Source of the DNA: Bacteroidota bacterium
Lineage (GTDB): Bacteria > Bacteroidota > Bacteroidia > UBA4408
DNA: 64,000 nucleotides
Direction: 5' to 3'
Assembly: GCA_046297395.1 (NCBI GenBank)
Contig: JBKCNM010000071.1
Span: 2,255 to 66,254, forward strand
Position numbers and translations under genes: made by a program. Positions 39,473 through 48,948 of this stretch are shown here, piece by piece; the first letter of the stretch is position 1, and each line of letters begins with the position of its first letter. The notes beneath the pieces are model-generated. The model saw nothing but the letters and a program-made list of their open reading frames with translations, had not been told where the DNA came from and made no database searches.

Positions 39473-40421
39473 TCGCCGTGATTTTCTCAAAAAACTCACA
39501 TGGGGGCTAACGGGTGCAAGCCTTGCGCCTCTGGATTTGCTTGCTGCCTCTGAGAAGGTTATGCTCACCATACTGCACACCAATGATGTGCATAGCCACA
39601 TTGATCCTTTCCCTGATAATGATCCCAAATACCCGGGCTTGGGTGGTGCAGCAAGACGAGCAGCCTTGATCAATAAAATCAGACAGGAACAAAAAAATGT
39701 TTTGCTTTTTGATGCAGGCGATATCTACCAGGGAACACCCTATTTTAATCGTTATAACGGTGAACTGGAAATAAAGCTGATGAGTCGCATGAAGTACGAT
39801 GCGTCTGCCATCGGAAACCATGATTTTGATAATGGGATTGAAGGCATTACTCGTAATCTCCCCCTCATGGAGTTTCCACTGATTTGCGCCAACTATGATT
39901 TTTCGGATACTGCCATGAACGGGAAAACCATTCCGTATAAAATTTTTATCAAAGAGGGTATCAAAATAGGCGTGTTTGGATTGGGCATAGAATTGGATGG
40001 CCTGGTCGACAAACGCATGTATGGAAAAACCCGTTTTCTGAATCCGGAAGAGCAAGCCGCTAAACATGCCTTGTATCTTAAAAATGAAGAAAAATGCCAC
40101 CTCATCGTTTGTTTATCACACCTCGGTTTTAAATACCAGGACAATAAAATTTCCGACATTGAATTGGCACGCAGATCTCGTTTTATTGACATCATTATTG
40201 GTGGCCATACGCACACATTTTTAGATAAACCTGTGATTCAAAAAAATATCGACGGACAAGAAGTTCATGTTTGTCAGGTAGGTTGGGCCGGTATAAAACT
40301 GGGAAGAATTGATGTGGTTTTTGACCGCAATAAACCGGGGAAAAAATCTGTCTCGGGAACGGCTATGCATCTTCCTAAGAATATTTATGAAACAAGCAAT
40401 CTTTTATTCGAAAAATCCTAA
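39447..40421 (+). CDS. 5'-nucleotidase N-terminal metallophosphoesterase with Tat signal
   Basis: NRRDFLK twin-arginine signal; ILHTNDVHS, DAGD, GNHDFD, LSHLG, IGGHTHT. Confidence 0.9.
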   Translation: MEESLNRNNRRDFLKKLTWGLTGASLAPLDLLAASEKVMLTILHTNDVHSHIDPFPDNDPKYPGLGGAARRAALINKIRQEQKNVLLFDAGDIYQGTPYFNRYNGELEIKLMSRMKYDASAIGNHDFDNGIEGITRNLPLMEFPLICANYDFSDTAMNGKTIPYKIFIKEGIKIGVFGLGIELDGLVDKRMYGKTRFLNPEEQAAKHALYLKNEEKCHLIVCLSHLGFKYQDNKISDIELARRSRFIDIIIGGHTHTFLDKPVIQKNIDGQEVHVCQVGWAGIKLGRIDVVFDRNKPGKKSVSGTAMHLPKNIYETSNLLFEKS

Positions 40422-40653
40422 AATATTTCATGCCAAACTTGCCAGTACAAGCCTTTTTTCAGCTGTTCTACCCAATTTTTTTAATTCAAAAAATAATGCG
40501 CCTCAAATTATGATAGTTACATCATTAACTAAAAAAACAAGAGGGTAGGGTATTTTTTTCTTAACCATTTTTTGAACATATTTGTTGAGGCGATTGAAGT
40601 CGCTGTTTTTTTTTGGAGAACACAGTCATTAATAGCATTAAAAAATATACTGA

Positions 40654-42084
40654 ATGGAAAAAAGTTGTGAATCTGCGTGGCAAAACTGCCTTAGGATTAT
40701 TAAGGATAATGTTAGCCCCCAAAGCTTCAGAACTTGGTTTGAACCAATCAAACCTATCAAATATGTTGATCATGTATTGACCATACAAGTTCCCAGTCAG
40801 TTCTTTTACGAATGGTTAGAGGAGCATTACATAGAACTCCTGCGCAAGACCATCAGGAAAGAACTGGGGAGCTCCGGTAGGCTCGAATACAATATTGTGA
40901 TGGAAACCTCCTACAAGGCGGCAAAACCATACACCATCAGCATTCCTACATCCAATAAAAAGGCCGTTCAGAACCACCCGGTAGCCATGCCATTGGATAT
41001 CAACAGCAATGGAATCCGCAATCCTTTTATCATTCCCGGTCTAAAGAAGATTAATGTTGAGTCTCAACTGAATCCCAATCACTCTTTTGAAAATTTTATA
41101 GAAGGAGAATGCAACCGATTGGCAAGAAGCGCAGGATTTGCCGTTGCCAACAAACCCGGTGGAACTTCGTTCAACCCGCTCTTCCTCTATGGAGGCAGTG
41201 GCCTTGGCAAAACCCACCTTGCCCATGCCATAGGCATACAGATAAAAAATCAATACCCCAATAAAACGGTCTTGTATGTTTCTGCCGACAGATTTACCCA
41301 GCAGTACATAGACGCCGTAAGAAACCAGGACAGAAATGATTTCATTCATTTCTATCAGATGATCGATGTCCTTTTGATTGATGATGTGCATGATTTTGCC
41401 GGGAAAGAAAAAACCCAGGATGTCTTCTTTCATATCTTCAATCACCTTCATCAATCGGGTAAGCAAATTGTGCTCACTTCCGACAAAGCGCCCGTGGAGA
41501 TGCAAGGCATGGAACAAAGGTTGCTCTCCAGGTTTAAATGGGGTCTCAGCGCAGATCTTCAGGTTCCCGATCTGGAAACCCGCATCGCCATTCTTCAAAA
41601 GAAAACCTATAACGATGGTATCCAGTTGCCCAAAGAGGTGCTTGAATACCTGGCCTATTCCATCACCACCAATATCCGTGAACTGGAAGGTGCCTTAATT
41701 TCATTGTTGGCTCAATCTTCACTCAACAAAAAATCAATCAACCTTGAACTTGCCAAGTCAATGATTGACAAATTTGTGAAGAACACGGCTAGAGTGTTTT
41801 CTATTGATTTGATCCATAAAGTGGTAAGCGCTTATTTTGACCTTCCCCTTGAACTGATGAAATCAAAAACGCGCAAGCGCGAAGTGGTTCAGGCAAGACA
41901 AATTGCCATGTACTTCTCCAAGAATCTTACCAAAGCATCTCTGGCAAACATTGGTGCACATCTTGGAGGCAAAGACCACGCCACTGTTTTGCATGCATGC
42001 AGAACCGTAAACAACCTTATTGAAACCGATAAGCGATTCAGAAATTATATTGAAGACATTGAAAAGAAGATTAGTATCGTTTAA
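40654..42084 (+). CDS. dnaA: Chromosomal replication initiator DnaA
   Basis: SFRTWF, NPLFLYGGSGLGKTHL, LLIDD, TSD..P, RLLSRF.WGL, NIRELEG, RQIAMY, GGKDHATV.HA. Confidence 0.98.
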   Translation: MEKSCESAWQNCLRIIKDNVSPQSFRTWFEPIKPIKYVDHVLTIQVPSQFFYEWLEEHYIELLRKTIRKELGSSGRLEYNIVMETSYKAAKPYTISIPTSNKKAVQNHPVAMPLDINSNGIRNPFIIPGLKKINVESQLNPNHSFENFIEGECNRLARSAGFAVANKPGGTSFNPLFLYGGSGLGKTHLAHAIGIQIKNQYPNKTVLYVSADRFTQQYIDAVRNQDRNDFIHFYQMIDVLLIDDVHDFAGKEKTQDVFFHIFNHLHQSGKQIVLTSDKAPVEMQGMEQRLLSRFKWGLSADLQVPDLETRIAILQKKTYNDGIQLPKEVLEYLAYSITTNIRELEGALISLLAQSSLNKKSINLELAKSMIDKFVKNTARVFSIDLIHKVVSAYFDLPLELMKSKTRKREVVQARQIAMYFSKNLTKASLANIGAHLGGKDHATVLHACRTVNNLIETDKRFRNYIEDIEKKISIV

Positions 42085-42107
42085 TCTTACCAAACAAACT
42101 TCAAGTT

Positions 42108-42142
42108 AAAAAAGATGCATCCATAAGAGATGCATTTTTTTT
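42108..42142. terminator. Bidirectional intrinsic terminator between dnaA and porQ
   Basis: AAAAAAGATGCATC-CATAAGA-GATGCATTTTTTTT hairpin with A and T tails between convergent genes. Confidence 0.75.
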
Positions 42143-43208
42143 AGCTACCTGAAACTTTCTTTTTGAAAAGTGATGCAGGTGAAAACCCAAGGGTAAGAAA
42201 GTGCGTGTTCCCATAAAAATGGTATGCACCGAGGGCATAAGAAAAGTACATTTTTGAAAGTCGTATGCCAATACCTGCAGAAAACCCTGCCATGCCCGAG
42301 CGCAAACTTCCTTTCATTTCCTGTTGCCTTTGCAGGTTGTAACCCAGTCTTAGTTGACAAACTTTTGCGATGCTGAATTCAGCACCAAAGGCAAAGTGTC
42401 TGATCAGATTGGGAAAAAAGAGTGATTTTTCAGGGATGGTGTTACCGGTGAGCAAATCTCTTTCCTGCGCCAGCGTGGTATCGCGATATACGAGGTTCCA
42501 CCTTTGCATATTGTCAACTAGCATACTCAACCTCAATGGCACATGAGCAAACTTATAGGATACACCTCCCTGAATCCGTAAAGGAATTTTTTCCCTTGAA
42601 CCATTGACAAAAGGTTTGAGCTGAACGCCAAGGTTGCGCATGACCAGAGAGGCCTGAAAAGAATTGTCGATGGTTTTGAAATGCGCACCGGCATCTATTG
42701 CCATACCAAAGGAGCGATAACTTTCATATGCAGAATAAAGCAAGCCGTAATTGGCACCTATGCTGATTTGTTCATTGAGTGATTTTCCAAATCCTGCCTG
42801 GAGCTTGTAATCTGCAGCAGAAAAATTTCCGAGCACTGCAGAAGTGTTGTCAGTGAGAGTAAACTTCCCGTAATTGTTGTACTGGAGAGAAACTGCGGCG
42901 GTTCCACCATGAGTTCCGAAAGCATAACTGCTTACGCCCGCTTTGGCATCCGTGAGATAGTTGATGAAATTAAGCGACAACCTGCCATGCATTTCAGTAT
43001 TTAGCAGCGAAGGATTAAAAATACCTGTAGCCGGATCTCCATCTTTGTAAGTGATATCTGCTCCACCCGATCCGGCCATCCTTGCAGATGGCAACATATG
43101 GAGATAGCTATAGGTGCTTTGGCCGCCAGGTTGTGCAATTCCTTTGGTGGCTGCAAGAAACAGAAAAACGATGACCAAAAAAATACGCATGTAGCCTAAC
43201 CTGATCAT
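42141..43208 (-). CDS. porQ: Type IX secretion system protein PorQ
   Basis: Signal peptide, GG..TY..L....SAR..G.GG, NPSLL, YG.F..TD, N.G.QL, G.SYK..H.P.R, LR.GYN..R..E, G.S.G.G. Start may be 43190. Confidence 0.82.
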   Translation of the reverse strand: MIRLGYMRIFLVIVFLFLAATKGIAQPGGQSTYSYLHMLPSARMAGSGGADITYKDGDPATGIFNPSLLNTEMHGRLSLNFINYLTDAKAGVSSYAFGTHGGTAAVSLQYNNYGKFTLTDNTSAVLGNFSAADYKLQAGFGKSLNEQISIGANYGLLYSAYESYRSFGMAIDAGAHFKTIDNSFQASLVMRNLGVQLKPFVNGSREKIPLRIQGGVSYKFAHVPLRLSMLVDNMQRWNLVYRDTTLAQERDLLTGNTIPEKSLFFPNLIRHFAFGAEFSIAKVCQLRLGYNLQRQQEMKGSLRSGMAGFSAGIGIRLSKMYFSYALGAYHFYGNTHFLTLGFSPASLFKKKVSGS

Positions 43209-43215
43209 TTGCTTT

Positions 43216-45825
43216 TTATTGCGGAAAAGAATAGGTGAGAAGCAATTTTTTTAGTCCTTCTGTATCTGTTCCTCCTGCTGAGGCATAGTGAGCCTGTCCG
43301 CCACCCCCACCTTTGATAGAGGAGGCGAGCGTTTTGATGATTTCAGAAGCCTTGAGTTTTTTCTCTTCCATCAGTCTTTCACCCAACATGATATGCAGAC
43401 TGGCTTTTCCGTTGATATTGCCTCCCAGCACCGCATACAACCCGGGAAACTCAGCCCTTAGGCGGAAACAAATATCCTTGAGCGTATCTGCATGGTCGGT
43501 TTCAACAAAAGCGGCAACAAAGTCTGTTCCGTTTTGTGATTTCACTTCAGCGCGCACTTTCCCAAACAAAACGCCTGCTTCTTTCTCCCTGAATTTTTCA
43601 ATCTGTTTCTGTAACTCGGTATTTTTTTGCAGAAGTTCTTCAACTGCCCGTGCTGTTTGTTTAGGATTTTTTAGAAGCTGTTTGATGGTGTTTAATTCTT
43701 CCATCTGCTCCTTGATATATGCAGCTGCACGGGTTGAAGTAATTGCCTCTATCCTCCGGATACCTGCAGCTACCGCAGATTCAGTGATGATCTTGAAGTG
43801 GCCGATTTTACCTGTTTCATGAACATGCGTGCCTCCGCATAATTCGATGGAGTAGCCTGCATCGAAGGAGACAACCCTTACCAGATCACCATATTTTTCA
43901 CCAAATAATGCCATTGCACCTTTGGCTCTTGCTTTTTCAATTCCGGTGATTTCTGTTTCGCGGGAAATATTCTCTCGTATTTTTTCATTCACCATTTCTT
44001 CAATGGCATTCAATTCGTTGGCACTTACTTTCTCGAAATGTGAGAAATCAAAGCGAAGGTATTCATCGTTGACGAGACTGCCTTTTTGCTCTACATGTGT
44101 TCCCAGTATTTTTCTGAGTGCTGCATGCATCAGGTGTGTGGCTGTATGGTTGTTCTCAATGAGTCTTCTTCTTTTTGCATCAATCTGCGCCTCACAAACT
44201 TGCTCAGGATGCTTTGGCATGCGGTCACAAAGATGTATCCACATGCCGTTTTCTTTTCGGGTGTCACGCACATGAACAGTTTCATCACTGAACACCAGTA
44301 CACCTGCATCGCCTACCTGTCCTCCCGACTCGGCATAAAAAGGAGTTTCTCTCAGGACAAGTTCAATCTGTTCTTTTCCTTTCGCCTGCACTTTGCGGTG
44401 TTTGAGGATTTTGGTTTGGCACTTGTCCTGCTCATAGCCGATAAACACTGATTCGGCATCTGATGACAACACCGTCCAGTCACCTGTTTCTACATTTCCG
44501 GCTGCTCGAGACCTTTCCTTTTGCTTATCAAGACACTTCCTGAACACCTCCATATCAACATCCACCTGATGTTCCCGTGCCAGCAGTTGTGTGAGGTCAA
44601 TGGGAAATCCATATGTATCGAACAATTCGAAAGCAAAATTTCCGTCGATGGTTTTTCCTTGAAGGTTTTCCATGTAATGTTCAAACCTGTGGATGCCTGT
44701 ACCGAGTGTTTTTAGGAATGCTGTTTCCTCTTCGCGGATGACTTTCTCAATCAGTGTTTGCTGTTGGATTAATTCAGGAAAAAATTCACCCATCTGCTTC
44801 ACCAGAATATCGGTGAGCATGTAAAGAAAAGGTGCCTGAATATCAAGAAAGGTGTAGTAATAACGAACGGCTCTTCTGAGGATGCGCCTGATTACATAGC
44901 CTGCTTTGGCATTGCCCGGCAGTTGTCCGTCGGCAATGGCAAATGAGATGGTTCGTATATGATCAGACAATACGCGCATGGCGATGTCTGTTTGTTCATC
45001 TTTTCCGTAGGGCTTTCCTGTTCTGGCAGAAATGAATTGAATAAGGGATTGAAAAATATCCGTATCGTAATTTGATTTTTTTCCTTGCAAAGCCATACAT
45101 AGCCGCTCGAATCCCATGCCGGTATCTACATGTTGCTTGGGAAGTTTCACAAGTTCACCGCTTGCTTTTCGCTCAAACTCCATGAACACCAGGTTCCAAA
45201 TCTCAATTACCTGCGGATGTCCTGTATTGACCAGTGAGGCGCCGGATATTTTTGACTTTTCGGAATCACTTCTAAGATCAACATGCACCTCTGAACATGG
45301 TCCGCAAGGCCCGGTATCACCCATTTCCCAAAAGTTGTCTTTTTTGTTGCCGCGAAGGATATGTGATTCATCAACAAATTGCTTCCATGTTTTTTGACTT
45401 TCTTCATCAAACAATAGTCCTTCCTCGGCATGACCTTCAAAAACGGTTACATACAGGTCTTTTTTGTCAAGTTTATACACTTCAGTGAGCAATTCCCAAG
45501 CCCAGGCAATCGCTTCCTTTTTGAAGTAATCTCCGAAGCTCCAGTTCCCAAGCATCTCAAACATCGTGTGGTGATAGGTATCTACACCTACCTCTTCCAG
45601 GTCGTTGTGCTTGCCGCTTACACGAAGGCATTTTTGGGTATCTGCAATCCGGGGATTAATGATGGGTGCGTTTCCAAGAAATAGATCTTTAAAAGGAGCC
45701 ATTCCACTGTTGTTGAACATCAGGGTAGGATCATCCTTTACAACCATGGGTGCACTCGGGACGATGAGGTGTCCTTTGTCCCTGAAAAAATCAAGGAAAA
45801 TTTTTCGCACCTTTTTACTTTCCAT
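43216..45825 (-). CDS. alaS: Alanine--tRNA ligase
   Basis: DPTLMF.NSGM, QKCLR.SGKHNDL, EMLGNWSFGDYFK, DTGMGFER, HTATHL, ELCGGTHV, GIRRIEA, GGGGG. Confidence 0.98.
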   Translation of the reverse strand: MESKKVRKIFLDFFRDKGHLIVPSAPMVVKDDPTLMFNNSGMAPFKDLFLGNAPIINPRIADTQKCLRVSGKHNDLEEVGVDTYHHTMFEMLGNWSFGDYFKKEAIAWAWELLTEVYKLDKKDLYVTVFEGHAEEGLLFDEESQKTWKQFVDESHILRGNKKDNFWEMGDTGPCGPCSEVHVDLRSDSEKSKISGASLVNTGHPQVIEIWNLVFMEFERKASGELVKLPKQHVDTGMGFERLCMALQGKKSNYDTDIFQSLIQFISARTGKPYGKDEQTDIAMRVLSDHIRTISFAIADGQLPGNAKAGYVIRRILRRAVRYYYTFLDIQAPFLYMLTDILVKQMGEFFPELIQQQTLIEKVIREEETAFLKTLGTGIHRFEHYMENLQGKTIDGNFAFELFDTYGFPIDLTQLLAREHQVDVDMEVFRKCLDKQKERSRAAGNVETGDWTVLSSDAESVFIGYEQDKCQTKILKHRKVQAKGKEQIELVLRETPFYAESGGQVGDAGVLVFSDETVHVRDTRKENGMWIHLCDRMPKHPEQVCEAQIDAKRRRLIENNHTATHLMHAALRKILGTHVEQKGSLVNDEYLRFDFSHFEKVSANELNAIEEMVNEKIRENISRETEITGIEKARAKGAMALFGEKYGDLVRVVSFDAGYSIELCGGTHVHETGKIGHFKIITESAVAAGIRRIEAITSTRAAAYIKEQMEELNTIKQLLKNPKQTARAVEELLQKNTELQKQIEKFREKEAGVLFGKVRAEVKSQNGTDFVAAFVETDHADTLKDICFRLRAEFPGLYAVLGGNINGKASLHIMLGERLMEEKKLKASEIIKTLASSIKGGGGGQAHYASAGGTDTEGLKKLLLTYSFPQ

Positions 45826-45906
45826 ACATTGAACTAAGAAATAATGTTGAGACCTTTATAGGGATGGCGAATTTACAATTATTCCCTAACTTGGCGAGCG
45901 GGCAAT

Positions 45907-46875
45907 ATGTCGAAAGTAAAATTTTATTTCAATACCAAATCCCTGACCTTCGAAAAGGTTCAGCTTCGTTTTTGGGATCGAGTAAAGAAGATGCTCACCT
46001 ATCTTCTAACCGGTCTGGTTTTTGCCTCTGCCACATTGCTGGTGGCCTATAACCTATTTGACTCTCCCAAGGAAAAACGGCTGAAAAGGGAAATCGAACA
46101 GCTCACTTATCAATACGAGGACCTCAGCAACCGACTCAATCAGTTGTCCTATGTGTTGAGTGACATGCAACAAAGAGACGATAATATTTACCGCATGATA
46201 TTTGAATCAGAACCTGTGCCACTCGAAGTGAGAAATGCCGGTTTTGGTGGGGTAGACATTTACAAAAAACTGGAAGGATTTGATAATTCTGCGCTGATGA
46301 TAGAGCTTACCAAAAAGTTGGATCGTTTTGCCAAACAGGCTTACATCCAAAGCCGCAGCTTTGATCAGGTGGTGAACCTTGCCCGCAACAAACAAAAACT
46401 GCTTTCAGCTATTCCGGCCATTCAGCCTATCTCCAAATTGCGCCTTCGTCACATGTCGGGTTTCGGCTACCGCATGCACCCCATTTATAAAACCAGCAAT
46501 TTTCATCCGGGCATTGATTTTTCCGCTCCCACCGGAACTCCCATCTATGCCACAGGTGATGGGGTTGTTGAGAGAGCGGATAATCTCGCACAAGGATATG
46601 GAAACCATGTGGTGGTGTCGCATGGTTTTGGATATTCCACCTTATACGGACACATGTCGAGAATCAAAGTGAGGGCAGGACAAAAAATCAGAAGAGGCGA
46701 GGTGATTGGATTTGTTGGCAGTACAGGTCTTTCAACTGCTCCGCATGTCCATTACGAAATCATCAAGAACGGTCAAAAAATCAATCCAATCAATTACTTC
46801 TATGCGGATCTTTCACCTTCTGAATACCAGGAAATGGTGAGGAAAGCAGAGGAGGCAAACCAGTCTTTCGATTGA
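45907..46875 (+). CDS. M23 family peptidoglycan endopeptidase
   Basis: N-terminal TM and coiled coil; PAIQP, FGYRMHP, HPGIDF, GYGN, TLYGH, G.STAPHVHYE. Confidence 0.93.
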   Translation: MSKVKFYFNTKSLTFEKVQLRFWDRVKKMLTYLLTGLVFASATLLVAYNLFDSPKEKRLKREIEQLTYQYEDLSNRLNQLSYVLSDMQQRDDNIYRMIFESEPVPLEVRNAGFGGVDIYKKLEGFDNSALMIELTKKLDRFAKQAYIQSRSFDQVVNLARNKQKLLSAIPAIQPISKLRLRHMSGFGYRMHPIYKTSNFHPGIDFSAPTGTPIYATGDGVVERADNLAQGYGNHVVVSHGFGYSTLYGHMSRIKVRAGQKIRRGEVIGFVGSTGLSTAPHVHYEIIKNGQKINPINYFYADLSPSEYQEMVRKAEEANQSFD

Positions 46876-46879
46876 TGTT

Positions 46880-48901
46880 TCAGCGGAGTTTCTCCAGTGC
46901 ATACATCTCATCTCTCAATCTGGCAGCTTCAATAAAATCAAGGTCTTTGGCAGCTTGTTGCATCTGTTTTCTCAAGGCCGTAATCTTTTTCTCCAAATCC
47001 TCCCTTGAGTAATATTTTTCAACAGACTCAGCGGCTTTACTTCCCTGCTTCTCAGAAATTTCGCGTTGCGCTTTCTCGAAATTAAAGTGGTGATCTGCCA
47101 CTTTTGTCTGGCCCAGAATGGCTTCTTTCGATTTGATAATTTGAGAGGGAACAATTTGATGATCGGTATTGTACTTCATTTGAATGACTCTTCTCCTTTC
47201 TGTTTCATTAATCAGATAATGCATGGAGTCGGTAATTTTATCTGCATACAAAATCACTTTGCCTTCCAGGTTTCTGGCCGCCCTGCCTGCTGTTTGCACC
47301 AGTGAACGCTGAGACCTTAAAAAGCCTTCTTTGTCAGCGTCAAGTACCGCCACCAATGAAACTTCAGGTAAGTCAAGTCCCTCTCTCAGAAGATTCACGC
47401 CGATGAGTACATCGAGGGTTCCCAATCTCAAGTCTCTCAGGATATCCACCCTTTCAAGTGTATCCACATCGGAATGAATATACCTGCATTTGATGCTTAG
47501 GTTGGCAAGGTATTTAGACAACTCTTCTGCCATCCTTTTGGTGAGTGTGGTTACCAGCACCCTTTCATTTTTTTGTACCCTGATGGCAATTTCTTCCAGA
47601 AGATCATCCACCTGCTGCGTTGCCGGTCTCACCTCAATCACAGGATCTAAAAGCCCTGTGGGCCTGATGATTTGCTCAACAATGGCGCCTCCTGTTTTTT
47701 CCAATTCATAATCCGCAGGCGTGGCCGAAACAAAAATCAGCTGGCCGGCCATTCCCTCAAACTCCTGAAAAGTAAGCGGGCGATTATCCAATGCAGCAGG
47801 TAACCTGAAGCCATATTCCACCAGATTGATTTTCCGGCTTCTGTCACCGCCATACATGGCCCGGATTTGCGGAATGGTAACATGACTTTCGTCTACCACC
47901 ATCAGGAAATCATCCGGAAAATAATCGAGCAAACAAAAAGGTCTCTCTCCTGACTTGCGGTTGTCAAAATACCGGGAATAATTTTCAATGCCGCTGCAGT
48001 AACCCAGCTCTCTCATCATCTCAAGATCATAGGTAACCCTCTCTTCAATGCGTTTTGCTTCCAAGTGTTTTCCATTCGAAACAAAATATTCAACTTGTTT
48101 TACCATGTCATCCTGGATGTGATTCATCGCATTTTTCATGGATTCTTTGCTGGTTACAAAAAGATTGGCAGGAGCAATAGCCACTTCTTCAAAAGAATCA
48201 AAACGATGCCCGCTGATGGGATCAAAAGATTCTATTCCTTCAATGGTATTTGCATCATAAAAAACCCTGAAGGCATAATCGGTATAGGACAAATAGATGT
48301 CAACCGTATCTCCTTTCACCCTGAAACTACCCCTGTTAAAATCTGCAGTGGTTCTTACATACAGGCTATTGACCAGGGCATGTAAAAATTGATTTCGGCT
48401 CATCACCATCCCTTTTTTGATGCGGATGGTATTCGCTTTAAAATCATCCGGATTACCCATGCCGTAAATACAAGAAACCGAGGAAACCACAATCACATCC
48501 CTGCGCCCCGACATCAGCGAATGTGTGGTGCTGATCCGAAGTTTTTCAATTTCATCATTGATCGAAAGGTCTTTCTCGATATAGGTATTGGTTGTGGGAA
48601 TGTAGGCCTCAGGCTGATAATAATCGTAATAGGAGACAAAATATTCTACTGCATTCTGCGGAAAAAATTGTTTGAATTCTCCGTAAAGTTGGGCAGCAAG
48701 CGTTTTGTTGTGGCTTAAAACGAGCGTAGGTCGTTGGATCTGTTGAATAACATTGGCGATGGTAAAGGTTTTTCCGGAACCTGTTACACCCAGCAATACC
48801 TGGTGCTTTTCGCCATGCGAAATGCCCTCTATCAGTTTGGCAATGGCTGCCGGTTGATCCCCGGTGGGCTTAAATGGTGAGGATATGGAAAAGGAAGGCA
48901 T
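46880..48901 (-). CDS. uvrB: Excinuclease ABC subunit UvrB
   Basis: PTGDQP, LLGVTGSGKT, HNKTLAAQL, YYDYYQPEAY, DESH, SATP, NLLREGLDLPEV, GRAARN; C-terminal UVR domain. Confidence 0.98.
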   Translation of the reverse strand: MPSFSISSPFKPTGDQPAAIAKLIEGISHGEKHQVLLGVTGSGKTFTIANVIQQIQRPTLVLSHNKTLAAQLYGEFKQFFPQNAVEYFVSYYDYYQPEAYIPTTNTYIEKDLSINDEIEKLRISTTHSLMSGRRDVIVVSSVSCIYGMGNPDDFKANTIRIKKGMVMSRNQFLHALVNSLYVRTTADFNRGSFRVKGDTVDIYLSYTDYAFRVFYDANTIEGIESFDPISGHRFDSFEEVAIAPANLFVTSKESMKNAMNHIQDDMVKQVEYFVSNGKHLEAKRIEERVTYDLEMMRELGYCSGIENYSRYFDNRKSGERPFCLLDYFPDDFLMVVDESHVTIPQIRAMYGGDRSRKINLVEYGFRLPAALDNRPLTFQEFEGMAGQLIFVSATPADYELEKTGGAIVEQIIRPTGLLDPVIEVRPATQQVDDLLEEIAIRVQKNERVLVTTLTKRMAEELSKYLANLSIKCRYIHSDVDTLERVDILRDLRLGTLDVLIGVNLLREGLDLPEVSLVAVLDADKEGFLRSQRSLVQTAGRAARNLEGKVILYADKITDSMHYLINETERRRVIQMKYNTDHQIVPSQIIKSKEAILGQTKVADHHFNFEKAQREISEKQGSKAAESVEKYYSREDLEKKITALRKQMQQAAKDLDFIEAARLRDEMYALEKLR

Positions 48902-48948
48902 GTCTTTGGGTTGTTGTAAATTTACTCACTCCTCAGCAATTTGTCACC

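Noticed and set aside
40422-40653. AT-rich region upstream of dnaA as oriC
   Set aside because: No TTATCCACA-like box cluster is visible, and dnaA is not flanked by dnaN/gyrB. Spot checks of GC skew were inconclusive; a cumulative skew plot would be needed.
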